This document shows positions 35,150 through 47,336 of a stretch of DNA of 64,000 nucleotides, piece after piece. A program made the translations under genes and the position numbers. This stretch comes from Pseudovirgaria hyperparasitica (Eukaryota), in assembly GCA_010093815.1 (NCBI GenBank), contig ML996580.1. The stretch is one strand, 5' to 3'. The notes below the pieces were generated by a model. That model saw only the letters and a program-made list of their open reading frames with translations. It made no database searches and was not told the DNA's origin. Each line of letters starts with the position of its first letter. The first letter of the stretch is position 1.

Positions 35150-35620
35150 TAGTCGTTGAGATGACGGCGGAGGCGTATACGTCAGACTTGGCGTTATCCA
35201 TTTAGCAACTCTCAATAGTCGTCCCGAAGCAATCCAACGGAAGTCCTTGCGAGTAGAGCCTAATTCCTAGCTGATGTATTTGGCGACTACGGACCTGATA
35301 TCTCTTGGTGTCAGAACAACTGACAGAAGAGGGCATAGACGGCATCTCACGATGTCTATGGCTCGCTTGGTGTGACACAGAGCCGATGAACTGGCACAGT
35401 ACCACGAAGGAGAATTCTGAATGAACGTCTATGGCCCGGTTCTTCGATAGAACCTGGCTTGGCTATATACATCTGTATGTAAATGTGGGGTATATCCGCC
35501 ATGACTGGCTTGGGAGCAACAGCAGAAGAGAAGGAAGACTTGATCATGCCATGGCACAGATCTCCGTACTCATGGGCTAGGATACATGTCTCATATCTGC
35601 CAGGCATTCGCCATGACTGC
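35150..35620 (-). pseudogene. Probable decayed HET-domain gene
   Basis: Ordered fragments across frames: NAW/ETCILAH...C, SALCH (compare ALSH), HQLGIR (compare LGIRYLW) and M...DVYASAVIST (compare M.DVY.NA..TI). Interrupted by stops and frameshifts. Confidence 0.35.
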
Positions 35621-36716
35621 TAAGTCGATGCCTGTCAGAACGACCCATTCGAAGCAAATTGACGAGATCTGAAAAGAGCAAAAGAAGCACGTCAAGAGAT
35701 CCACCGACCACTCGCAACTCTTGGCCTTGTACTTTTTGCCAAGAGAGTCTGAATCCGGATCCAAAAGCCGAATCATATTCCTACCGGCATGTCGAAACTC
35801 AAGAGCCAAGACCTTTGACATTATATGAGACTGAGCACGCTATGTGCTGTTGTGGTTGAAGCCGCGAAACCCGCCACTGTGATGACGCAACCGATGAGAA
35901 ACGAGGCTGCCATGCTTATGGCACATGGGCCTCAGTCCATCTCAAGCTTCGATATGACGAAGCACGTAAATGACGATGATGCTAGGCACTGAGACTGAGG
36001 AGTGAAAGGTTGGGGTCTAGGCCTTTGCAAAGAGCATTGAAGGTCGGATCGACGCCCGGGTTTTGCAGAGGCGAGTGTTGGAGGGCGAGGGTGATCCGTA
36101 GGCTCTAGGCAGCCTAACTGCCAAGCGCGAGGCCCCGCTCTTCCGCTGACTTGGCTGCCTCCGCCGCCCGCTGTGTCCCCGGCGAGTTTTCACGGCTTCT
36201 GATCTATCCGTGCCACCACCTTGGCTTCTCTTTTGTATATTTCCGCTTGCGGACAATTCTATAGCCCAAATGGTATGAAGCCTCTTGGCCACCCAATCGC
36301 AGGAATTAGACAACTACAGCCTTGGCTTCTGTCTTACATGACGACGGCACGAACTCTTCCGATATTTCGTCCTCCATGATGCTTGGCATCTGTTGAGTCT
36401 GGAGTGTGATGTTGGCGGAGATTATGCTTGGCTCCATTTACACCTTGCTCATGGTTGTGGGGAGCTAAGAACAAGTCGGAAGATCGGCCCTCTACCAAGA
36501 GCCTAAAGAAAACACTGCCTCATTTCACCTTGAGACCACTTGCAGCGGAACGTGGAAATGATGTCTCCTTGATATGTAATACCATCGAGTGAGAGAGAGT
36601 ACTAAAGGAGTCCCTTACCCGTCTTCGATTCTCTACTCCATCAGCATTCAACAGCTTAACCTCACTACCTCAATACCAAAGATTACTACAGTCGTTTCAA
36701 TCATCCATCCACCAAA

Positions 36717-37490
36717 ATGAAGTACGCTGCTACCCTTCTCATCCTGGCCGCTGGTGCCCTTGCCCACCCAACAGTCACTCTCACCCCTTGCCCGGAGGCG
36801 ACGACCACTGTCTATGAGACTGCAACTGCTCCTCCAGTCGTTCACCCTACGCCGCCAGTCGAATCTCACTCACCAGCTCCCCCGGCTGAATCTCACCCTC
36901 CATCACCACCAGCTCCTGTACCATCACACCCGGCTCCTCCAGCCGACTCCCCAAAGCCAAAGGACGATGTTTTCGATTACGATTGCACGTTCGACGTACA
37001 TGCCGTTCCAGGAGAAGTCCGCAATGGAACCACTCCTGCCCCTGGCCAGCCAGGCGCCTCAGGACGTTTCCGATACGGCATCAACATCGCCAAGAATCTC
37101 ATCTGCTACGTAAGCTGAACCTCCTCCCACTTACCATTGCTTACAGTCTCCTAACATGTATACTAGAACATTGAGCTCTACGGTGTAACCGGCAACTACA
37201 GCTCCCCAGCTCTTACCGCAACCCATATCCACGAGGCCGCCCGTGGTGCCTCCGGCCCACCACGCATCGCCTTCCCTAACCCAACTGGCCCAGATGAGAA
37301 GCGTGTCTCAGTTGGCTGTATGCAGGGTCCCTTCAGGACCGGCGTCTTGGCGCCTCCTATGACTGGCACCGACACTGGCTCTGCCTCTGGCTTCCAGCTC
37401 GCGAAGATCTGCCAGAACCCATCTGGTTTCTTCACTGATACTCACACCTCGACCTTCACGCTCGGTGCTGTTCGCGGCCAGCTCGCATAA
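36717..37490 (+). CDS. Secreted CHRD-domain protein with Pro-rich linker
   Basis: Signal peptide MKYAATLLILAAGALA, intron 37110-37166, and CHRD motifs TATHIHEAARGASGPPRIAF and GFFTDTHT...GAVRGQL. Confidence 0.9.
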
Positions 37491-38795
37491 GGTGCTTATT
37501 GAGAGGAATAATATGTGAGAGAGTGTTCGGAATAAAGGGGCATATGTTCAGGGGCCCGTAAATCATCATGAGCTGTTGTTCTGATGACTGAGCATAATAT
37601 CTAATTCTAATGTATATTTTTGAAGTATGAGTGTCTTTCATTTCTTATTTGTGTCATACATACACGCATCCCAGGATGGTGTTACAAAACCTTATGATTT
37701 TCATGCTGATGAATGTCGTCTCCAAGTATAACTCATTCGTACCTCCACAGTATTATGTGCAGAGTGGTATTATCCCATGTAAACTACCTCATCTATACAG
37801 GTACTCGTTTGCGACGATTTCATGTTCAATCAATTCACAAAATTATCCAGTCTCCAACGCAAGCATCGAGACGGATACATACCCGCGGCATCTTCCGACT
37901 ACCAAGCTATATGGTTCGTTCCCGCTCAAGACTGACGCTAGACCCAAGCACTCTTAGAGTATTACCAGTTTTAGACAGCTAATTACCTAGTAGTTATCGT
38001 CGGGTATTCCTCCCAGACATGCGCTGAAAGCTCGCGCAAAGTATTCGCTACGATGATCATCAATCAGCTCGGCTCCATCGTGTAGCAAACGCAAGTGCAT
38101 AGCACAGCATTACGTATTTGCGAATTTGCAACTCGTTACGTCTGACATATCCTTACTCTCATAGCGATGATCTGGACCTGGACATCTTGATGACGGTGGT
38201 GGACGCTGGAACTCGTGACGTGTGCATTTGTGTTGCTACCTTGAGCGCCAAGCAACCGCTCGCTTCAGGTCCAATACATGTACCTCTACGCATCATCGAT
38301 GAATGACCTCGAGAAACGTGCATCTTGAATAGCAAATCATGCTAGACATGAGAGTTTTGTTCTTGCCTCACATACGGAGGTCTGCGACTTATTCGAGCGC
38401 TGTCTGATGTCTTGATCCGGCGGGTTTCAGAATGAGCCTGCTCGTTGGATGGATGGGGACTGAATACGTGCTAGAGTTCTTAAATTCTTGGGAGCCAAGC
38501 GCTAACTAGCATTATTTCCAAGCTCGTTAGTGTGTTAGTGCGGCATGGCATGAGGAGGAGGCGGGTTCGTACAGATGGATTTGTGGGGCTGGGGCTTGGG
38601 TGTGTGAGCTGACGACGCGGTGTGTCATTATGCCTGGGGATAGGGATGGAACTTTGGTCAGTAAGTTGGATGTGACGTCTGATGACGTATATGAAGAGAT
38701 GAAGCTAATTCGATGAGACCGGAGGTTGGAAACGAGATACAATAAGCTCGCTGCGGCACGGCATTAACAACTGCTATGTTGTTCTGTCTCGGGGT

Positions 38796-41700
38796 TCAGA
38801 AACCCGATTGCCTCAGCTTCCTCTTCTTCTTCGGTCTCGCACCGAACTTGCCAAATTCTATCTGACTTGCAGTAATAGGCTGACTACTACCTGGCAATGC
38901 CCCATGCGACGGCCCAGGAGAACTTCCATGCTCGACCCGTGGCGTCGGCTGACTGAGTGTGATCCGGCCTATCTGTTGAGCAGCCTGGTTCGACGCGTTT
39001 TCCAACCGCTCTTCTCGCAGCCTCTTCTTCATCCGCCGTTCCATCTTCCTTCGAGCCTTCGGCGCGAGCTCCGTCTCCACTTGGGCAGCTAATTCTCGGA
39101 TGGTAGCTTCATAATCATAGTGGGATGGATCTTCACCAAAAGCCCAGTGAGAACAGGTGCGAGCCACAGGACCAGAGAGGATGATAGTTGGTTTAGATAC
39201 CCTTGCATGGTCTCTAAGGGCATTGAGGTGGAGTGGACCGGAGGACACATAGCTCGTACTGAAAGAGGCCGAGGTCAATGACGGCGTGGGTTCTGGTGTC
39301 GGCAATTGATGACTCTGAGTCCCTCTCGACTGTGAATGCGATGAGAGAGGTACTGAGGATGCTTGTGAGTCAGGTCTGCTGGACATTGGTGCTTTCCCCT
39401 TGTCAGACGAGCGAATCGGTATTGTGAACAAGGATCCAGGCACTGTCTGGGACTGTGTTGCGGCGTTTGGCAGATCCTGAGACTGGCTCGCCGAAGGATG
39501 CGTAGGTATGGCTTGAATGTTGTGTAATGAAAGAGCGATGTCGACTGCAGCTCTACGTATGATATGTTCTCTGGACCTGCGGAAGTGCCGCGAAGTATCA
39601 GGATTGAGACCACCGAGCCAGTGTTTAGTAGCATGTCTATAGACTGCACTTATGGTGAGATCCTGGGCACGACCTTCCTGGTCATCATCGTCTATAGGCT
39701 GTATCATCTCAAGGCCAATATGAGTATTGCTGATTATTGGCCTTATACCATACTTTGGAATATCTGGCTCTAGATTTGTAACCTCAGTTCGACAGAAATC
39801 CCAGAAAGCAGATGATGCGGTGGAAGTATCTGCAACCATGGTAGTAGGCCCAATGATTTCGTAAAGCGTACGGGATAGGTCAGCTGACATATCATCAGTG
39901 TGGCTGTCCTCTAGATTTGATCTCACACGATCGAGAGATGGAATGAGGGGGCTAGTATCGTCGTCCTGTTGCCGTACGCTGAATTTGTAAATATCATGAA
40001 ACCCAGAACCGAAATCGGGCGGATGGATTGGCTCAGGTACATCGTAATCAGTGTTATCATGGCCTAGGTGGAAATCACTTAAGCCCTCCATTGTGTCCTC
40101 CATGATGTCGTCAACATGCTTCTGAGATACCTGTGCTTGCCTCGACCATGGCTTTATCCAATCAAATGGCTCTACGAGTCCATCATGACGTGACGCATTG
40201 GAACTGGAGGAAAAAAACACAAAAGATTCCATTGAATAATCGTCATGGACCACGAAGAGCTGGAAGAAAGACTTGTCGACATAGTCATGGTCCTCTTCCG
40301 ATTTTTCCATCGCGCCATCAACACTCGCAAAGTTGGTAAGGGCGATCTTGGCAGAGACAATATTGCGAGTAGTGACTTGACCAAGGTCAAGATGACAGGG
40401 GTCGCTTAATGAACGAGCAGATCCAGCGACTTCTGAAATCTCGAAGCGGATGTTCGTGATCAGTAAATTAAGTCGTGAATATATGACAGCCAGGATGCTA
40501 CCATCGTGGTCTGCAGCCATGCTCATTCTTAACGTGATGTCGTCCCGGTCACGCCATAATTTCCAGCTCGTTATGTTGGAGGCTGTCAAGATCTCGCCGT
40601 CGGCGTTCATTGTTTCGGCCAAGTGACCAGCGTCAATCAGCAGAAGATGCGTCGTGGTCAATATTGCAAGGTGATTCCTCTGTCCAGGCACTCTTCTCAT
40701 ATCCAGAATCCATTCGGAAGAGTGATCAAGTCCCAAATTTGGTCTACCAAGACGCAGAGGGAGAGTCGAAATGTTATAAAAATTGATCTCGCGTCTAGCG
40801 CAGACTACAATTACATTGCTGTTGCATATCCACAAGACTCTGTACCAACCATCGTCACCTCGAGTGGTCAGTTTCGAGGAGTGCTGAAAGGATCCTTGTC
40901 GAACGATGGAAGTAGTATATGTCGATCTTTTGTGTCTTTGGGTGCCTGAGATTTCAAATATACGCCACGATCCCGTTTGGGACACCACTGCCAATTGTCT
41001 TTTGTACCATGGATTGAAAGTAACATCAGCGAAGGCTGATTCCTCGATATCTTTTTTTGATATTGTTAAAATATGATTTGGATGTAGTGACGAGTACGAG
41101 CGATTCATATGACTTGGGAATGGCGTAGAGCGTTCATAAACTGGGCGCAATAAATATATGACCGACGGCAGACGGACAGCAACAAAGTCTTCCATGCCCT
41201 CTTGGACCTCGGAATCACAGACTTGCAAGATTCGCGCGCCTGGTCCTTGCCAGTGTCCTATATGGCGCTGGGGAGAGCTCAAGAGCAAGCCTGTACTATG
41301 GTCGAAATTCCAACCGTGTACTGTGTTTACAAGTCGTTTGATCTTGAGGCCGGCTCCAGTGCGTTCGCCGGGCACAACACATATGCTAGAGCTACCACAC
41401 TGCACGGTAGTATCGATGGCTTGTCCAAAGCAGAATAAGTCACCATATAATGGATCATAAACATCTTGCACTTCGGTGACAGCCTCAGACTCCTGGAGTA
41501 GTTCCTGCATTAGACTCATGTCGAAGTCAAGATTTGGGACTTCTCGGTATAGTGCTTTTACGGCGTGGCCATGCCGTCTCGATGCCCATTGGTATGGTGG
41601 GACAGTCTCCTCGTGGCGGATTTCCTCATCCCGACTGGCAAGTTCCAACTGGAGATCTTTGCTCAGGAACGGCCCCAGCATCCGCAAGGACCTTTGATGT

Positions 41701-41873
41701 CCTGGCAGTCGTGAGAAAGAGAATTTGCCAGTTGTAACCTGATAGGAGGGAACGCCAGTATATCCATAGCCTACACTTAAGGGAGCAGCATCGGCTCGGG
41801 TGAGTTTTCTGGACTCTGTTATGTCGTCTTGATGTTGATATGCCTTTCGGCACGAACTTGTAGTCTCAGCCAT
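38796..41873 (-). CDS. RRN6: RNA polymerase I core factor subunit Rrn6-like
   Basis: About 1025 aa, intronless. N-terminal GYGYTG.PSY, FADVTFNPWY..QLAVV..G.W, LAILTT, low-complexity LPTPEPTPSL and C-terminal KKRKLRQSGF, as in fungal Rrn6. Confidence 0.8.
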   Translation of the reverse strand: MAETTSSCRKAYQHQDDITESRKLTRADAAPLSVGYGYTGVPSYQVTTGKFSFSRLPGHQRSLRMLGPFLSKDLQLELASRDEEIRHEETVPPYQWASRRHGHAVKALYREVPNLDFDMSLMQELLQESEAVTEVQDVYDPLYGDLFCFGQAIDTTVQCGSSSICVVPGERTGAGLKIKRLVNTVHGWNFDHSTGLLLSSPQRHIGHWQGPGARILQVCDSEVQEGMEDFVAVRLPSVIYLLRPVYERSTPFPSHMNRSYSSLHPNHILTISKKDIEESAFADVTFNPWYKRQLAVVSQTGSWRIFEISGTQRHKRSTYTTSIVRQGSFQHSSKLTTRGDDGWYRVLWICNSNVIVVCARREINFYNISTLPLRLGRPNLGLDHSSEWILDMRRVPGQRNHLAILTTTHLLLIDAGHLAETMNADGEILTASNITSWKLWRDRDDITLRMSMAADHDGSILAVIYSRLNLLITNIRFEISEVAGSARSLSDPCHLDLGQVTTRNIVSAKIALTNFASVDGAMEKSEEDHDYVDKSFFQLFVVHDDYSMESFVFFSSSSNASRHDGLVEPFDWIKPWSRQAQVSQKHVDDIMEDTMEGLSDFHLGHDNTDYDVPEPIHPPDFGSGFHDIYKFSVRQQDDDTSPLIPSLDRVRSNLEDSHTDDMSADLSRTLYEIIGPTTMVADTSTASSAFWDFCRTEVTNLEPDIPKYGIRPIISNTHIGLEMIQPIDDDDQEGRAQDLTISAVYRHATKHWLGGLNPDTSRHFRRSREHIIRRAAVDIALSLHNIQAIPTHPSASQSQDLPNAATQSQTVPGSLFTIPIRSSDKGKAPMSSRPDSQASSVPLSSHSQSRGTQSHQLPTPEPTPSLTSASFSTSYVSSGPLHLNALRDHARVSKPTIILSGPVARTCSHWAFGEDPSHYDYEATIRELAAQVETELAPKARRKMERRMKKRLREERLENASNQAAQQIGRITLSQPTPRVEHGSSPGPSHGALPGSSQPITASQIEFGKFGARPKKKRKLRQSGF

Positions 41874-42228
41874 TTGGCTCCCGGAATTGTCGCAAGATCC
41901 TCTGCGCTGCAAGTTTCATATTTTGTCCGTTGGGGTTGATAGACGTGCGAAATTCGAAAACCTATGAAGCGTCTAAAGGTTCGAGTGAACTGAAAATAAC
42001 TGTGAAGGTCCTCGCGTTAATTATTTGACCCATGCTGGAAAAATCTTGAGCCCGTGCACGTGTTGGCACGCTAGCGTTGCTGCTGGCTGCAAAGAACTCG
42101 AGCACGGACCACATAAACAACAACAACAGCAACAACGTCAATCACTCGGCGTTATGTTGACTTGCATTCTCGACAATCCTTACATTTGGCAGCAAGACGA
42201 ATCCTTCAATCAATAGCAAAATTCCACT

Positions 42229-43062
42229 ATGGCTGCTGTTGCGTTCGATTCATCAATGGGTGCGAACACCCTTCGCCCACCTTTCGATAGAGCAGACGCA
42301 ATCTCGACGGCCGATAGCCTCCCGAGCGTGCAATTTGGCTTCGAAGACCTGCGAGACCGTATGCAGCGTTTTACACAACGCTTCGACGCGTTCATCGAGC
42401 TGGGTCGCAAGCGTGTCCTCGAGGAACGAAATAAATTCCGCATGAACGTCTCTGAACTTCAAGGTATGTTCTCCGCCAGGCAGTAATACCATCCAGCTTC
42501 GACTGACTCAAAACTAGAGGACCAGCGCATGAAGAAACGCGACATCGAAATTCTCACACTCAAACAAACAACCCATGCGCAAACTCTTGCCAAAGAATCG
42601 CAGGAGACCGATGAGATGAATCATGCTATCGCGGCGCTCACAGCGCAACGAGATGAACGCCTCGCAGCTCGCGACGCACTGAAGTCTCAGATTGTCGAGA
42701 TTCAGACACAGATCAGTTCTCGACGTGAAGCACAGGCTGCGCACAAGAAGCATCTTGAGCGCGAGTCGCGGTACAACGAGCCGGAACTGGACTTCTGGGA
42801 GACGCATCTGGGGTTGCGGATTGAGGGTGCGGGTTATAGCGATCATCTCAAATTCACGTATACTTGTGTAAACGAAAAAGATCCCAGTATTGAGGCCTGG
42901 TTCGAGCTAGATACTGGAAGTCGGGAATATCGAATTATCCAACATCGGCCGAAGTTGGAGCAGGAAGCAGTTGAAGGTGCACTGGACAGATTGTCGAGTG
43001 GGAGAATGCTTGCACCTTTTCTGCGGGAGATGAGGCAATTGTTTATTGATGCACTAAAGTAG
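42229..43062 (+). CDS. SPC25: Kinetochore NDC80-complex subunit Spc25
   Basis: LPSVQFGFEDLRDRM.RFT.RFDAFI, coiled coil, NEPELDFWETHLGLRIEG and FLREMRQLF. Intron 42464-42517. Confidence 0.92.
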
Positions 43063-43160
43063 TGTATGGACTATGCATGAGCGTACGTAGAGCCGCAGAT
43101 TGGTCTCTAACGTGATGGGCCAACATACATGAAGACGCTTAGATTATACCACTCGAGTTC

Positions 43161-45368
43161 TTATATTATTTGCCGAGCTTTCTCTATCTGATAGTATTCT
43201 GGTGCATATTCTGTTAACCAGCTCTTTTCAATCTTCGTGACATCCCTAATATATACCTTACTACCAGTCTCCATGATCTCATGAAAGATGACCCAGTCGG
43301 CTTTACGATTCTAGATAGAGATCAGTATTAGATTATGAGTGCGCATCAATAGGATCACTCACAAACATCAACGACGTTGGGTGAGCATACAGCACCGTCT
43401 CGCCGTCAACCGTTCTGAACGTTCCGTCCGGCTGCATTCTTGCTGACTGGGCAAAGTAGCCAGCGGTCAGACATCGCCGGATTTTTTCTGGCTTGCCAAT
43501 GCCACCTGCAGTCAGAACCTCAGGCCCAAGGCTCTCCTGTACATTGATTCCAAATTTCTCTAGATACTTCCTCAATTGGTTCCTGACGCTCACGGCACGG
43601 CTCATCGCCTTGAAGTTTAAGTAGTTGTCCCGGCACCATTTTGCATCCTTCTTTCCCTTGGTAATGAAAGCATGGTACACATTCAGTAACGTGATATGAT
43701 CACCTTCGTCCGCAGCAAATTTGCGCCGTGCCGTTTCATGCGCTTTTTTCTCACCCTCATGCCAGAACCAGCACCCGCCTTGTAGATTAAGCATCGCGGC
43801 AATAGTGAGCATCTCACTGAGCACGCCGAAATCTGGTGCTGAGAGTAGAGCCTTGCCCAGCATGGGCTCGACGGCGAGCTCAGCCATACGCATGCCAAGA
43901 GGACGTGTGAGTTTTGCATAGTCATCGACAGCACCCAGAGAGTATAGCAGCTCAAATGCTCGCAACATGAGCTCGGCAGGTGGGGGTGTGATAAAATCGA
44001 AGCGAACGATGTTATCAATGCCTAGGGCTTTAAGCTGGAGTACTATGGGCGCGAGGTTCGAGCGCTGGATCTCTGGGACTGTCGCCTCGGGTAAGGTGTT
44101 GTAGGACGCTTCAGTATATAGACGGAAGCATTTTCCTGGTTTAGTGCGCCCGGCGCGACCAGCACGCTGGGTGGCAGATGCTTTCGATATAGATGTGGCA
44201 GTGAGTGTGTCAATACCGGTCGTAGGGTTATAAGCACGCAGTTTCACGAAACCACAGTCAATGACGTATGCGATACCAGGGATGGTCACAGAGGCTTCCG
44301 CGATGTTGGTTGCCACAATGACTTTGCGGGTATTGTCAGGGGTAGGCTCAAAGACGTACATTTGTTGATCAGTCGGAAGTCCAGCATAAAAAGGACAAGG
44401 TAATAATCCTGGTGCGTTTGGATTCAATGTGTCGGCGTATTCAGCGACCTTCTGGACAACTCTTTCGATTTCCTCTCTCCCTGTAAGGAAAACTAGAATA
44501 TCACCTTCACTTTCGTTCTTGTGTATGTCATAGATTGTCTGCACCGCAGTCTCAACGTAGTCTTCCGAGGGTTCCTCGAGGTATTGTACATCAACCTGAT
44601 AACTTTTGCCCTCGAGACTGATTATTTTACCCAAGTCACCACCTGGCACAGCCCCCGCCGCGGGTACCATTGCCGCTGCAGTGACAGGGAGGTCATTCGT
44701 GAAGAAGTTCAAGAAGCTTTCAGCATCCAAGGTTGCGCTACTAATGATCAGTCGTAGGTCTAGTCTCTTCTTGCGAATCTTCTTCAGAATCCCAAGAAGC
44801 ATATCTGAGCTGAGAGATCGCTCGTGAGCTTCGTCGACCATAATAACAGAATATTTGGTGAGAAGAGGGTCAACAAGAGCCTCCCGGAGTAGCATCCCAT
44901 CGGTCAGAAACTTGATGCGTGTCGATTGGGATGTCATATCCTCAAAGCGAATCGAATAACCCACCTAAGTTGTCGGTCAATTTGTGTATCAGAGCATTTA
45001 TTGGGACTAGGCGGTACATCGTGACCAAGTTCGCATCGCATCTCTTCAGCCACACGAATAGCAACCGACGTTGCAGCTACCCTCCGAGGCTATGCATCAT
45101 GTCAAATTGAGCTACAAGTGCATAAAATTTTAGGCGACTTACCCACCTGAGTGACAGCGATCTGTTTCCCATTTGTAGTCCATCCTGCTTGATGTAGATA
45201 TTGAGGTATTTGTGTTGTTTTTCCACTACCTGTATGACCAACGACTACTGTCACAGGAAACGTCTCTATTAAATACAACAGTACATCTCTATGCTGGGCG
45301 ATTGGTAGTAAAGCTGATGGCTTGAAAAGAGCGGGGATGAAAGACGAGCCAATCTCAGGTTCGGTCAT
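43161..45368 (-). CDS. DHX35: DEAH-box ATP-dependent RNA helicase, DHX35-like
   Basis: GHTGSGKTTQIPQ, TQPRRVAA, DEAHER, SAT, TNIAEASVT and QRAGRAGR, with HA2/OB C-terminus. Introns 45090-45146, 44965-45017 and 43311-43362. Alternative ATG at 45386. Confidence 0.88.
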
Positions 45369-45778
45369 GACGATGTGCAATGGCATATGCTTGTATCACG
45401 ATCAAGCATGGTCTTCTTGATCAGCAATACTGCTAGGCCTTTGGAAAATTATATGATGATCGACTCTTTGGGAAAGGTGATGAAAACACATTGGAAGACC
45501 CGTTGGAGATCGATGTGCTTGGTTGTTTTAGGCCTAGTTTTTACGCGTGCTGCCTCAGGCTACCCATCCATGAATAGAATAGACCATGACGAAAGACTGC
45601 GTGGACCCGCAGTCTAAGCCACTCAAAGGTCAAAGTCAAAGCGAGGTGCACGATTGAAAGCTTCACAACAACAACCCAGTACATGCTTTCTACAGTCTTC
45701 TACGTGCCCCCACCTACGTCTTCCTCATATTTCCTCAGCTTAGCAACGAATCCATCAGTCCTGTCTAGAAAGTACAAC

Positions 45779-47215
45779 ATGGCCCAAAAACCTATGGAGA
45801 AGCCTGTAAGCATTGCAGCCCTGTTGCCCCTCCTGAGCTCCCCGTTGGCTGACTGACGGCCACAGAAGACGAGTGGAGCTGAATCGCCAACTACCAGAGC
45901 GGAGCTTGACTTCGATGATGATGCGCCAGATGCTTCAGTGCCAGCGACACCTGCAGCTCCGGTTCCTCCTGCTAAGGAAGAGGCTGCTCCACCGAAGCCT
46001 CCACGGCCGATGAGTCCAAAAGCTCAGGCGGAAGCGACTCTTATTGAAGCTTTCCCAAGTGTCGATGCCCAAGTCGTCAGGGCTGTCTTGCACGCGAGTG
46101 GTGGAAGAATGGAACCCGCCTTCGAAGCTCTTCTTGGTCTGTGACGGGAAATACGAACCTTCGACGTGTAACTAACATTTCAGGCATGAGCGATCCAAAC
46201 TACAAGGAAGAAGCACCACCCCAACAACCACCACGTCCGACCGCGGCACAAAAGCAACTAGAAGAAGACGAACGTTTAGCACGTCAGCTAGCCGAACATT
46301 ATCAAGCCCAAGGTCAAGGTTCCCGCTCAAGAGGCGCCCCTCAACCGTACGCTAGATCACAGAGACAAGAGCCAGAAGATCGAGAGCGGAGCTTTTTTGA
46401 CGGTAGGCATAAATTTTGTTTCATCATGGCCTCGCTGACGGAATGAAGATGACCTTCCCGAGATCGGCGAAAACATCAGAAAGGGGTTCCTTGAGACCCA
46501 AAAGAACGTCAACAAGTGGATAACGGACTTTAAAAAGAAGATCGATGGCGAAGACGAGGATGAGTATGATGGGCGTCCATCACAACGCCAAAATTTTGGC
46601 GCGTCGCAATCCGACCAGCTGTATGGTATTCAAAGGGACGCTGAGCGTCGAGCTCGACAAAGCGGCGACCGCGATCGATATGACGCTGATCCTCAGATCA
46701 TTAGCGACGACTTCACGACTTTACGCATGCAGGACAACGATCGTAAGATTTTTTTTAGCTTTCTGTTCGCCTTAATTAGCTAATTAATCGTAGCCCCAGC
46801 TCAGCCTCCCCGGCCTGGCCGTCCTCATGCCAATCCTGATCTCTTTAAGCCTACACCTGCACCGCCACAATCGGGGCCTGTTGATGAGGTCGAAGCTTTC
46901 GATGTGAAGCGTATGGGTAATAGACAGCCATCGCCTGGTGGCAACAAGAAGAAATGGCAACCTCTCACATCTGTCGCCCCCAATCCGGAAGGGGACGACC
47001 ATGATCCTTTCAGCCTTGGCGACAGCGAGGACGAGGATACGAAGGCAAAGGACACACGAGCAGATGACTCAGAGAGACTGAAAAAAGCAGCAGCAACCGG
47101 CCCATCAGTCTCGCCAATCGAAGCTGGTAAGCCAGTCGAAGCCGCAGAACGTTCTGGTAGCATGGGTACACGAAATAAGGAGGCGGAGGAGCTTTTGACA
47201 AAGGAAACAAAGTGA
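45779..47215 (+). CDS. CUE5: CUE-domain ubiquitin-binding protein (Cue5-like)
   Basis: LIEAFPSVDAQVVRAVL...AFEALLGMSDP, QLEEDERLARQL, SFFDDDLP, KKWQPL and DPFSLGDSEDE. Introns 45806-45865, 46137-46183, 46403-46448 and 46743-46793. Confidence 0.85.
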
Positions 47216-47336
47216 TGGATTGAAAATATATGCTGGCTATTATAGTACCGGAAACTGGCTTCTGGAGCTATCTCGACACAATTCGATGATATGTTCCAGG
47301 CTACTTGACACAATAAGCCTTCACAGCATTCTAGAT

